Assembly (NCBI GenBank): GCA_048882325.1
Contig: JBHLRS010000025.1
Span: 1-45,366 of the forward strand
Origin: Candidatus Thorarchaeota archaeon
GTDB lineage: Archaea > Asgardarchaeota > Thorarchaeia > Thorarchaeales > Thorarchaeaceae
Direction: 5' to 3'
Length of the DNA: 45,366 bases
Shown here: positions 36,669 to 45,102 of the stretch, in pieces
Position numbering within the stretch: the stretch's first letter is position 1
Layout: every line of letters starts with the position of its first letter
Notes under the pieces: model-generated
Databases searched by the model: none
What the model saw: only the letters and a program-made list of their open reading frames with translations
Told to the model about the DNA's origin: nothing
Translations under genes and position numbers: made by a program

Positions 36669-37304
36669 TCAGAACCGCTGGACCTGAGGTTCAAAGTCCT
36701 CAGGGGTGAATGCAGTTTCGCCTTCCTCAGGCATATCGCCTCTCTCACGTAGTGTTTGTGCAGTCAAGAGGTAATATACCAGTGCCAAGGACTTTCGGCC
36801 ACGGTTGTTAGTTGGAATCACAAGATCAACGTTTGTAGTCACATTATCTGTGTCGCAAAGCGCAACAACCGGGATGCCAATCCTAGCAGCTTCCGAGAGG
36901 GCTTGGGAGTCTGTCCGCGGGTCTGTGAGAATCACCACATCAGGTTCAATGTATGTTCTGGGACCTGCAATGTTGGGATTAGTGAGTGTTCCTGGAACAA
37001 AACGTTCAGTGAAGGCATTTGCACCAATATAGTAGGCGAATGTTTCGACCGGTCTCTTACCGTAGACTCTTCCTGAAACAATCACTATCTTGGTTGGGTC
37101 AAATCGAGCAAGAAACTTGGCTGCTACTCGGATTCGTTCATCGGTCTTTCGGACATCGAGAACATAGAGGCCAATTGGTCGTTGTCGATAGACAAATGGT
37201 TCCATATCTTGTGTCTTAACTTGGGTTCCGATGTGGCATCCTGCAGCAAGGTACTTGTCCATGGGCGTGAGCAGCTCTAGGTCAGTGACTTCTATCTCAC
37301 TCAT
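36669..37304 (-). CDS. rps2: 30S ribosomal protein S2
   Basis: [37 protein letters not shown]. Confidence 0.96.
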   Translation of the reverse strand: MSEIEVTDLELLTPMDKYLAAGCHIGTQVKTQDMEPFVYRQRPIGLYVLDVRKTDERIRVAAKFLARFDPTKIVIVSGRVYGKRPVETFAYYIGANAFTERFVPGTLTNPNIAGPRTYIEPDVVILTDPRTDSQALSEAARIGIPVVALCDTDNVTTNVDLVIPTNNRGRKSLALVYYLLTAQTLRERGDMPEEGETAFTPEDFEPQVQRF

Positions 37305-37305
37305 T

Positions 37306-37521
37306 CTACTTAACCTCCGCTGTTTCTGTCGTAGAGAATGCCATGAAACTGTCAATGATGTCAATGTGTGCAAGTAGCATTCTTCGGCAACAATACCGGG
37401 TGAGTCCAATGTTGTCAAGCACGACTGCAGGGTCTTCTCCCTGTCGCACTTCACGTTTGAACTGTTCAAACTTGTCTGCAACCACTTTTCCGCAAGTGAA
37501 ACATCGTACTGGTATAATCAT
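37306..37521 (-). CDS. rpoN: RNA polymerase subunit N (Rpo10)
   Basis: [12 protein letters not shown]...RYCCRRM. Confidence 0.97.
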   Translation of the reverse strand: MIIPVRCFTCGKVVADKFEQFKREVRQGEDPAVVLDNIGLTRYCCRRMLLAHIDIIDSFMAFSTTETAEVK

Positions 37522-37533
37522 TCTTTCATCGCC

Positions 37534-37932
37534 TCACCTGTATGATTTCTGATAGCGTGAACGTGCTGAGGGCCCACCGAACTTCTTGGGTTCTGTTCTT
37601 CTTGGATCTCCAACCAGCATAGTTCTGTCGTGTTCAATCATCTTTGCGCGTGCCTCAAAGTCTTGGCTCATGCGAAACAGTCCTGTGGCTATTGCCATCC
37701 GTACGGCATCAGCCTGGCTCATGAAACCGCCACCTTTTGATCGTACTTTGATATCATATCGCTTCCAACCTTCTCCAAAGAGGACTAAAGGCTCCATGAT
37801 TCGCATACGAGCGAGCTCTGGTTGTTGAATCTCTAGAGGTCTTCCGTTGATTCTGATACGGCCTGTTCCATCCCTTATTGTGGCCTTTGCAAGACTTGTT
37901 TTTCTCTTGCCTGTGCTGACTACAACTCTCAT
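37534..37932 (-). CDS. rps9: 30S ribosomal protein S9
   Basis: GKRKT, GGG..SQA, DPRRTEPKKFGGPSARSRYQKSYR. Confidence 0.97.
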   Translation of the reverse strand: MRVVVSTGKRKTSLAKATIRDGTGRIRINGRPLEIQQPELARMRIMEPLVLFGEGWKRYDIKVRSKGGGFMSQADAVRMAIATGLFRMSQDFEARAKMIEHDRTMLVGDPRRTEPKKFGGPSARSRYQKSYR

Positions 37933-37933
37933 T

Positions 37934-38386
37934 CTATGCTACCTCCGGACTTCTCCAACCAAGTTCATGGCTCAAGTCTCCCACTGTGATGAATTTCTGA
38001 GTCATGCTCTTGTATTTTGCACCTTCAAGCACGATTTTCTCAGAGTCTGCGTATTGTTCAGGGACTCCAATGTACACCTTAATTCGTTTGTATGCAGCCT
38101 TCCCCTTAGGGGTAGGCCACGGAAGCATACCACGAAGCATCTTGCGGACCATCTTGTCAGGACGACGTTCGTGAAATGGACCCTTTCTTGGGTTGTAGGA
38201 TGTTCGAATGTTGAACTTCTCTTTGAATGCCTCAATCACAGTTCTCCGTTTGCCTGTGATTATAGCTTTCTCCACATTCACAATCACAACTTTGTCACCG
38301 AGTATTGCCGCTTTAGCAGCTTTTGCTCCTAGTCTCCCAACAACCATGTTCTCGGCATCGAAGATTTTGACGTTCTCTGTACTCAT
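37934..38386 (-). CDS. rpl13: 50S ribosomal protein L13
   Basis: DA...VGRL, GPFH...P, RGMLP, IKVYIGVP. Confidence 0.96.
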   Translation of the reverse strand: MSTENVKIFDAENMVVGRLGAKAAKAAILGDKVVIVNVEKAIITGKRRTVIEAFKEKFNIRTSYNPRKGPFHERRPDKMVRKMLRGMLPWPTPKGKAAYKRIKVYIGVPEQYADSEKIVLEGAKYKSMTQKFITVGDLSHELGWRSPEVA

Positions 38387-38395
38387 AGGAACCAC

Positions 38396-38767
38396 CTACA
38401 CAATGATTGTTACTCCTTTTCCTTTGGGAACCTGAGCAAGTAACTCGTTTATTGAAATCAAGGACCCACCAGCTCCGACAATTACAGTCCTTGCAGAGGT
38501 CGATGCATTAAGGGCTGCCACTGTCACCTTGTGCGAGAGACTACCAGATCCAAGTACCTTTCCTGGTACGACTATGATGTCCCCCGCTCTGGTGTGACGA
38601 TTGATTTTTCCTACATTTACTGTGGCACGCTGGCGAGCTGGTTTTGATAGTAGCTCAGCAACTCGCTTCCATATCCCCACATTATGTTTCACAGATGTCT
38701 TTTGTAACGCATTGATGAGTGCGCGAGTATTGGGGTCAGTTGGTCCAGATTTGACTGATCTTTCCAT
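38396..38767 (-). CDS. rpl18e: 50S ribosomal protein L18e
   Basis: IWKRVAELL, VNVGKI, VVPGKVLGSG. Confidence 0.96.
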   Translation of the reverse strand: MERSVKSGPTDPNTRALINALQKTSVKHNVGIWKRVAELLSKPARQRATVNVGKINRHTRAGDIIVVPGKVLGSGSLSHKVTVAALNASTSARTVIVGAGGSLISINELLAQVPKGKGVTIIV

Positions 38768-38778
38768 GTTGTCACACC

Positions 38779-39579
38779 TCATAGTGAATTTGCATAGTCG
38801 AGAGCCAGCCTGATTCGTTCTTTCAGTAATTCAGAAGATTTCTCAACAATGTCTTCGGGACTGAGCGCACCAGTCGATTCCACCTTGAACAGGAAAGCAT
38901 CTTTCTTGGAATCAATGGTTATTGCCCCAGGCTCACAGACCTCAACACAAGCCTCACAGAGGCTACAGTCCAGAGTGTTTTGTGTTGATATTGTATCGCC
39001 ATCGACCAACAGAATATTCTTTGGACAGACATCAACACAGTCTCCGCACAGGTTGCATTTTTCCTTGTTCACTTCGACTATGGGTACATACTTGTATGAA
39101 ACGGTTGATACTGGCTGAAACTTGGCGTTCTCCACCCCTTTGCCAAGTCGAGCGTATGCCTCGATGATTAGGCGTTGGTTAGGAGCCAGTTTAACCAGGG
39201 GGATGTCCCCTGATGCTGGAACTACCTTTGGGTCTTGTGAGGTCAGGTCACGGGAATAGATAATCTTCTCTTCCTCATCCGTTTCTTCCTCTAGAGTTAG
39301 CGTGCACTGACAAAGGCTACATCCCTTGCCTTCGCAATCGCAATCCTCGGGTAGGTTGTAACTCTCGAGATCAGTCACAAGTGGGATAAGACCCAACCTA
39401 TGGGCTAGCATCTCATCATACATGACACTAGTGTTCTCAAGAACAAGTACCTCGTCTATTGCCATTGATGGCAATCTGGTAAGCATGGTTCTGCGTAATG
39501 CGTTCGCAAACGCAACATCCACTCCTTCCACTAGAAAGTGAACGATGTTATCCTGTTTGTGGATTATTGTGATTTCCAT
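38779..39579 (-). CDS. rpoD: RNA polymerase subunit D (Rpo3) with ferredoxin-like Fe-S domain
   Basis: ANALRR, NTSVMYDEMLAHRLGLIP, two CxxCxxCxxxC motifs, FKVESTG. Confidence 0.96.
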   Translation of the reverse strand: MEITIIHKQDNIVHFLVEGVDVAFANALRRTMLTRLPSMAIDEVLVLENTSVMYDEMLAHRLGLIPLVTDLESYNLPEDCDCEGKGCSLCQCTLTLEEETDEEEKIIYSRDLTSQDPKVVPASGDIPLVKLAPNQRLIIEAYARLGKGVENAKFQPVSTVSYKYVPIVEVNKEKCNLCGDCVDVCPKNILLVDGDTISTQNTLDCSLCEACVEVCEPGAITIDSKKDAFLFKVESTGALSPEDIVEKSSELLKERIRLALDYANSL

Positions 39580-39609
39580 TGACTCACCTGACCGTTATCT
39601 TCAGTCCAT

Positions 39610-39690
39610 ACCCAAAAGACATGAATTCCCGGACGGACTCGCCATGTGACCAGTTAGTCAGATGGCTCACTCGCCCATGTCCTGGGCGTC
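39610..39690 (-). promoter_or_regulatory. Structured 5' leader (K-turn-like stem-loop) of the rpoD-rps2 operon
   Basis: Nested pairings GCCAT/ATGGC, TGACTA/TGGTCA, GGGC/GTCC with tandem GA/GA; TATA-like CTTTTAT (39711-39717) upstream; SD GGTGA at 39584-39588. Confidence 0.55.
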
Positions 39691-39774
39691 TTCGCTTGCT
39701 TTCTCTGGACATAAAAGCCTTGTCCTACGGCGAGGCATTTAGGAAGAATCGAAAATTGAAATGATGAACAATGA

Positions 39775-40272
39775 CTATGCAGCCACTTCAACCATGTCTC
39801 TTAGTCCATTCACAATCAGTTTGTAACCAGTCAATCGTTGTTTGGGATCAATAGCGACCATACCGACAGTCGGAACTCCGAGCAAATCTTGCACTGACTC
39901 CGGTCTCATTGATCCAGGAACGTCCTGTTTGTTGGCAACAGCAATGACTTTCACACCATTGAGATGGCTCTTGTACTTCTCAAGCAACTGGCGAGTTTTG
40001 AGAACGGCTTTGGGGTTGCTCTCAGTGACCACTACTACCATCTTGCTACCTCTCATGAAGTCAGGCCAAAGGAATTCAAAATGAGACTGACCACCCATCT
40101 CAATAAGAGAGACTTTGGTGGTACTGTCAATGGTTATTGTTCCACAACTCATACCAGCAGTTGGTTGATAGTTTGCTTCCAACTTTGGTGCCCTATCAGT
40201 AAGAAGTTTGATCAGTGTGGTTTTGCCAGCATATCCTGATCCCATTAGGGCAACCTTGACGTACTGTGTCAT
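39775..40272 (-). CDS. Small Ras-superfamily GTPase (Arf/MglA-like)
   Basis: G1 GSGYAGKTT, G2 PT, G3 variant EMGGQ, F..LW, G4 NKQD. Confidence 0.88.
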   Translation of the reverse strand: MTQYVKVALMGSGYAGKTTLIKLLTDRAPKLEANYQPTAGMSCGTITIDSTTKVSLIEMGGQSHFEFLWPDFMRGSKMVVVVTESNPKAVLKTRQLLEKYKSHLNGVKVIAVANKQDVPGSMRPESVQDLLGVPTVGMVAIDPKQRLTGYKLIVNGLRDMVEVAA

Positions 40273-40474
40273 GCGAGTTGACTCCAAGTAGAACGTGTTT
40301 AGTTAGTGTATAGGTTGATGTATTTCGGGTGTAATACTCACTGCTGAAAAAACGCCACCTTCGAAGCTCTACTTAAGGCTGATGAAAAGACACTATCTAA
40401 ACAACAAAATGGCGCGATAGAAGAGCTTAACAAGCAAACAGAGTTTGCGATGTCACAATCAGGGAGCTGACGAG

Positions 40475-41467
40475 ATGTCTGTCAAGGGTCCAGAGATCAT
40501 TGTAATCGAGAATGGAGCCCTAGATAGGCTTAGAGAGATGCTAGCAGAATATCAGAATCCAATCTGTGTGACTGATGATATAGTTCACTCAGAGTATTCA
40601 CAGCTGTTAGAGACGGCAATCGGAAAGCCATGTAGGTGGTTGCTAGCCCCGACATATCGAGCTAATACAAACACAGTATTGGGAAATGTCGATATCGTAT
40701 TGGGGTTCGGTGGAGGAACAAGTCTCGACGTGGCAAAACTGATTTCTCGGGACACTGGTATCAACTGGATAGCGATACCAACTGCAGCATCTCATGATGG
40801 TATCGCAAGTGAGGTAGCTTCTGTGAGCCATAATGGCTACAAGTATTCAGAGAAATGTAAAGGGCCATTCGCTGTTGTTGCTGACACTTCAATCATATCG
40901 AAGGCACCACCTAGGTTAAAGCTCGCAGGTCTTGGAGATATAATTTGCAAGACCTCAAGTCTAGCTGAGTGGAAACTCGCTCATGAAGCGAAGGGGGAAC
41001 CATTTGATGAAGATGCCTACTCCTTGGTGAGAAAGGCACTGGAATCTGTTCTTGAAGACGATAGCCTTGAGACACTAATCAGTGCTGAAATCGATGCCGG
41101 ACGAGCGATGAGTGTCTTTGGAAGTTCTCGGCCCTGTTCTGGGACAGAACATGCAATCTCACATGCTATGGATAGGATTCGTGTGGATTTGCACGGTCTC
41201 CAGGTGGCTTTTGCTACACCTCTCTGCCTTCACTATCTGCAAGAAACTGGGTGCACCGACTACAAGGCTCGGGAAATTCAGGATTTCATGATTGAGAGGG
41301 CGATGCCTACAAAGCTTTCTGAGATGAAAATCACTGAAGACCAATTCATTGAGAGCATACGACAGGGTCTGAACATTATGGAGAAGAGAAGCAGGTATTC
41401 TGTCCTGCATCATCTGAATGTTGATGACGACTCTCTTCGATCAGTGATATCTAATCTTGGATACTAA
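40475..41467 (+). CDS. egsA: sn-glycerol-1-phosphate dehydrogenase
   Basis: GGGTSLDVAK, PTAASHDGIAS, AGLGD, SSRPCSGTEHAISH, HG.QV. Confidence 0.9.
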   Translation: MSVKGPEIIVIENGALDRLREMLAEYQNPICVTDDIVHSEYSQLLETAIGKPCRWLLAPTYRANTNTVLGNVDIVLGFGGGTSLDVAKLISRDTGINWIAIPTAASHDGIASEVASVSHNGYKYSEKCKGPFAVVADTSIISKAPPRLKLAGLGDIICKTSSLAEWKLAHEAKGEPFDEDAYSLVRKALESVLEDDSLETLISAEIDAGRAMSVFGSSRPCSGTEHAISHAMDRIRVDLHGLQVAFATPLCLHYLQETGCTDYKAREIQDFMIERAMPTKLSEMKITEDQFIESIRQGLNIMEKRSRYSVLHHLNVDDDSLRSVISNLGY

Positions 41468-41551
41468 TCTCACACTTCGACAGTTTTAAAAGAAGTTAGA
41501 CTGACGGCGCAGGAAGAGCCTGTCTATGGATAGATGGGTTGAATTTGCATA

Positions 41552-41577
41552 TACCGATGAAGAACTGAACTGAGGTA
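41552..41577 (+). promoter_or_regulatory. Kink-turn in rpl7ae 5' UTR overlapping the SD (L7Ae autoregulation site)
   Basis: TACC-GAT-GA-AG-(AACTGAA)-CT-GA-GGTA: C-stem, 3-nt bulge, tandem G.A pairs. Confidence 0.75.
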
Positions 41578-41584
41578 ATTATTC

Positions 41585-41956
41585 ATGCCAAAGCCAAGTT
41601 TTGTAGAATGGGAGCCTACCGAGGAACTTCAAAAGAAGGCCCTAGAGGCTCTAGAGATTGCCAAAGACACGGGTCGTATCAAGAAAGGTATCAATGAGGC
41701 AACAAAGAGCATTGAACGTGGCATAGCACGTCTGGTCATAGTTGCTGAGGATGTTGAGCCCCAAGAAGTGATTATGTACTTACCCGGTCTTTGTGATGAC
41801 AAGAAAGCTCCTTACATCTTTGTGAAAAGCAAGGCAGACCTTGGAAACGCCGCAGGTATTGAACGGCCCACAGCTGCAGTCGCAATCATTGTTGATGGTA
41901 AGGCTAAGGAGCTCGTTGATGATCTTATCGAGAAGATCAACGGCCTTCGAAAGTAG
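41585..41956 (+). CDS. rpl7ae: 50S ribosomal protein L7Ae
   Basis: IKKGINEATKSIERG, AEDVEP, LGNAAG. Confidence 0.97.
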   Translation: MPKPSFVEWEPTEELQKKALEALEIAKDTGRIKKGINEATKSIERGIARLVIVAEDVEPQEVIMYLPGLCDDKKAPYIFVKSKADLGNAAGIERPTAAVAIIVDGKAKELVDDLIEKINGLRK

Positions 41957-41975
41957 ACCTAGGTGATGGCCGACA

Positions 41976-42200
41976 ATGAGCAAAGAAGAAGAAGCAACTC
42001 CTTCAATTCCTGCAGAAGTCATTCAGCTCCTTGGGAGAACTGGTGTGACTGGTGAAATCACACAAGTTCGTGTCAAGATACTGGATGGTAGGGACAAAGG
42101 TCGAGTCCTTACTCGCAATGTGAAAGGGCCAATCAGAATGGGAGATATCCTGATTCTAAGAGAAACTGAACGTGAAGCCCGTAAGATGAGGAGGCGCTAG
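41976..42200 (+). CDS. rps28e: 30S ribosomal protein S28e
   Basis: [29 protein letters not shown]. Confidence 0.97.
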   Translation: MSKEEEATPSIPAEVIQLLGRTGVTGEITQVRVKILDGRDKGRVLTRNVKGPIRMGDILILRETEREARKMRRR

Positions 42201-42202
42201 TC

Positions 42203-42403
42203 ATGGTTGGCACACAGAAATGCTCATTCTGTGGGAAAGACATTGAACCAGGAACTGGTTCAGCATTTGTTCAGACAAAGGACGGTTCTGTGTTTTGGTT
42301 CTGCTCTAACAAATGTAAGGTCAGTAGACTCAAACGCCAACTAAAGCCTCGGGACACCAAGTGGACTGCAGGATATGAGAAGGGCGGTAAAATTTCCCGC
42401 TAA
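42203..42403 (+). CDS. rpl24e: 50S ribosomal protein L24e
   Basis: CSFCG..IEPGTG...DG...FCSNKC...KWT. Confidence 0.96.
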   Translation: MVGTQKCSFCGKDIEPGTGSAFVQTKDGSVFWFCSNKCKVSRLKRQLKPRDTKWTAGYEKGGKISR

Positions 42404-42415
42404 ACAACAAAATAT

Positions 42416-42449
42416 GGAACCAAAGGTGGTCAGAGCCACCTGAGGTTTC
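42416..42449. terminator. Stem-loop between convergent rpl24e and ndk
   Basis: GGAACC-AA-AGGTGG-TCAGAG-CCACCT-GA-GGTTTC. Confidence 0.45.
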
Positions 42450-42450
42450 T

Positions 42451-43113
42451 CTATGCTTTTTCTACTTCTTCCTTGACAAAGTCAAAGATCACAGTGGCTA
42501 ACGTTTTAATTTCCTCCGAAGAGATTCCTTTTGCATCCTTACCAAGTAGTTGAATGAGGGATTGTAGGATACTGTCTGAAATATCACGATTCTCGATGGC
42601 TGTTTTGACAACGTCACGAATCTCCATCGTATAATCAGCATCCCCAGAGCTATACTGCTCGATGTATGCCTTTGCTTTCTCTTCAGCATCTGGAGTTTCT
42701 ATGAGCCCACCCTCTGAAGTCCAGAGTTCAATCTCTTTTGTGGCTGTTTCGGGAGCGTCAGATGCATGGGCTATGTTAACCCCTGCCCAAATTCCGTACT
42801 TTCCGCGCAGTGATGTAGGACCAGCCTTCTGAACAAAGGTGGCCCCTAGAGCGTCTCGAACTCCTTGGATAACATCATCACCCTCGAAAATCATAGTCAA
42901 TACCGGCGCAGAGGAGATAAAATCAACAAGCCAAGGGAAAAAGGGTTTATCTTTGTGAACATCATAATGTAGTTTGGCTAGTGACTCTGGAACCTTCATC
43001 TCACGGAATGCGAGAATTTTGTAACCACGATCCATCAGCGCCTTCAAAACTATTGCACTGACTCTCCTGCGAACGGTGCCATCTGGCTTTATTATTACGA
43101 ACGAGCGTTCCAA
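42451..43113 (-). CDS. ndk: Nucleoside diphosphate kinase with C-terminal helical extension
   Basis: ERSFVIIKPDG, HY..H.DKPFF, GAT, SLRG.YG, NIAHASD. Confidence 0.92.
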   Translation of the reverse strand: MERSFVIIKPDGTVRRRVSAIVLKALMDRGYKILAFREMKVPESLAKLHYDVHKDKPFFPWLVDFISSAPVLTMIFEGDDVIQGVRDALGATFVQKAGPTSLRGKYGIWAGVNIAHASDAPETATKEIELWTSEGGLIETPDAEEKAKAYIEQYSSGDADYTMEIRDVVKTAIENRDISDSILQSLIQLLGKDAKGISSEEIKTLATVIFDFVKEEVEKA

Positions 43114-43274
43114 ATTGATTCACCTATAGCTCTCTGGATACTTGAGTTGTATCTACGATTCTCGCGGGATAGATGGGGAATATAACACATTTCATTTGAC
43201 ATACTTTGGTAAAAGCGACACTTTCATAACTGTAGCCAGCAGTCCAACAGCCAATTTCTTGTGAGGTGCCAGCA

Positions 43275-45056
43275 ATGACTAAAACTGCAAAGTTACGTTC
43301 ACCAATCGTCACTGTCTTGGGACATATCGACCATGGGAAGACATCTTTGCTTGACAAGATGAGGGGGACAGGTGTACAGGATAGAGAGGCTGCTGGCATC
43401 ACTCAACACATAGGAGCGTCCTTTTTCCCAACTGAAACTATCCTGTCAATTTGTGGAGACCTTCTCAAGAGTGTTAACACTGAACTGACAATCGATGGTC
43501 TACTATTTATTGACACACCAGGTCATGAGGCGTACCTTAACCTCAGACGCCGTGGGGGTGCCATTGCAGATATTGCAATACTGGTTGTTGATATCAATGA
43601 GGGGCCGCTCACACAGTCATACGAGTCGCTCAAAATCCTAAGATCAGGGAAAACACCTTTTCTAATAGCTGCGAACAAGCTCGACAAGGTTCCTGGCTGG
43701 AAAGAAAAGCCTGGAATGACCCTCTTTCAAGCTATCAAAGCTCAGAGTCAATCAACACAGAATGAAATTGACAGACGACTCTATGAGATTGTTGGTGCTC
43801 TCTCAGCAAATGGTATTCAGTCAGAGAGGTTTGACCGTGTTGAAGACTTCAGAAAAATTGTAGCGATTGTTCCAACCAGCGCAAAGACTGGAGATGGAAT
43901 ACCTGAACTTCTGATGGTCTTATCAGGTCTGACTCAACAATACATGAAAGACAGATTGATCATTTCTGAGGGACCCGCGAGGGGAGCCATCCTAGAGGTG
44001 AGAGAGGAGACAGGATTGGGAATCACTCTGGACACCATAATCTACGAAGGCGTGCTCAAGAAGACAGATACAGTAGTGATTGGTGGGCTTGATGATGTCA
44101 TAGTAGCGAAAATAAGAGCGCTATTGCAGCCTAAACCGTTGGATGAGATTAGGGATCCAAAGGAAAAATTCACTCATGTTGATGAGGTTCATGCAGCCGC
44201 TGGTGTGAAGATAGTTGCACCAGACATTGAAGGTGCAGTGGCGGGTGCTCCGGTTTATGCTGTTACTAATCAAGGCCAACTTGAAGAAATAAAGCAAAAG
44301 GTTCGAGAAGAAGTCGGATCTATTCGGATACAGACTGACAAGTCAGGAATTATCCTGAAGACAGACACACTGGGTTCACTGGAGGCAGTAACACAGTTCC
44401 TGCAAGAACGCAAGGTCCCCGTGAGAGCCGCAGACGTCGGACCTATTGTGAAACGCGATATCATAGAGGCTCAGGCCTCTGGAGACACTGACCCATTGAA
44501 TGCAGTGGTACTTGGCTTCAATGTCAAGTTTGCTCCAGATATAGAAGACTTGGCTGCAGAATTGGGTGTGGAAACATTCCTCAATGAAGTCATTTACCGT
44601 CTTTATGATGATTACAATGCTTGGTTAATTGTGAAACGAGAACAGGCAAAAGCAGAGTCTCTTGGCTCTATTATTCGACCAGGTAAGATTGAGTTAATGC
44701 CAGATTATGTCTTCAGACAGAGCAATCCTGCCGTTGTAGGAGTGAGGGTTCATGGAGTCATCAAACCGAGAACAGCGCTCATGAACGAGAGCGGGAAGCG
44801 TGTGGGTACTATACTTCAGATACAGGACAGAAGCGTCACTATTGATGAGGCCACAGAGGGCATGGAGGTGGCAGTTTCAATACGAGGGCCAACCATTGGA
44901 CGTCAAGTGAAGAACACTGACATTCTGTATACAGATGTTCCTGACAAGCACATTCTCGCAATCAGGAAGAAGTTCATGGATGATCTCTCGCAGTCAGAAC
45001 TAGAGGTACTCGAAGAACTGACCACTATCAAGAGGGCAGCTGGAGCATTTGTGTGA
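43275..45056 (+). CDS. infB: Translation initiation factor aIF5B (IF-2)
   Basis: LRSPIVTVLGHIDHGKT, GITQHIGA, DTPGHE, NKLD, SAKTG, DTLGSLEA. Confidence 0.97.
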   Translation: MTKTAKLRSPIVTVLGHIDHGKTSLLDKMRGTGVQDREAAGITQHIGASFFPTETILSICGDLLKSVNTELTIDGLLFIDTPGHEAYLNLRRRGGAIADIAILVVDINEGPLTQSYESLKILRSGKTPFLIAANKLDKVPGWKEKPGMTLFQAIKAQSQSTQNEIDRRLYEIVGALSANGIQSERFDRVEDFRKIVAIVPTSAKTGDGIPELLMVLSGLTQQYMKDRLIISEGPARGAILEVREETGLGITLDTIIYEGVLKKTDTVVIGGLDDVIVAKIRALLQPKPLDEIRDPKEKFTHVDEVHAAAGVKIVAPDIEGAVAGAPVYAVTNQGQLEEIKQKVREEVGSIRIQTDKSGIILKTDTLGSLEAVTQFLQERKVPVRAADVGPIVKRDIIEAQASGDTDPLNAVVLGFNVKFAPDIEDLAAELGVETFLNEVIYRLYDDYNAWLIVKREQAKAESLGSIIRPGKIELMPDYVFRQSNPAVVGVRVHGVIKPRTALMNESGKRVGTILQIQDRSVTIDEATEGMEVAVSIRGPTIGRQVKNTDILYTDVPDKHILAIRKKFMDDLSQSELEVLEELTTIKRAAGAFV

Positions 45057-45102
45057 GCTATATCGACAATTGGCAACGTTTTTAGGTAATTCCGGGAAAA
45101 AC

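Noticed and set aside
39630-39675. SECIS-like pattern GUGA-N11-AA-N13-GA on the minus strand
   Set aside because: Neither flanking gene (GTPase, rpoD) has an in-frame UGA, and the apical part is shorter than a eukaryote-type SECIS; kept only as a K-turn-like leader
39579-39764. 61-aa plus-strand ORF
   Set aside because: Antisense to the rpoD leader/promoter; no recognisable features
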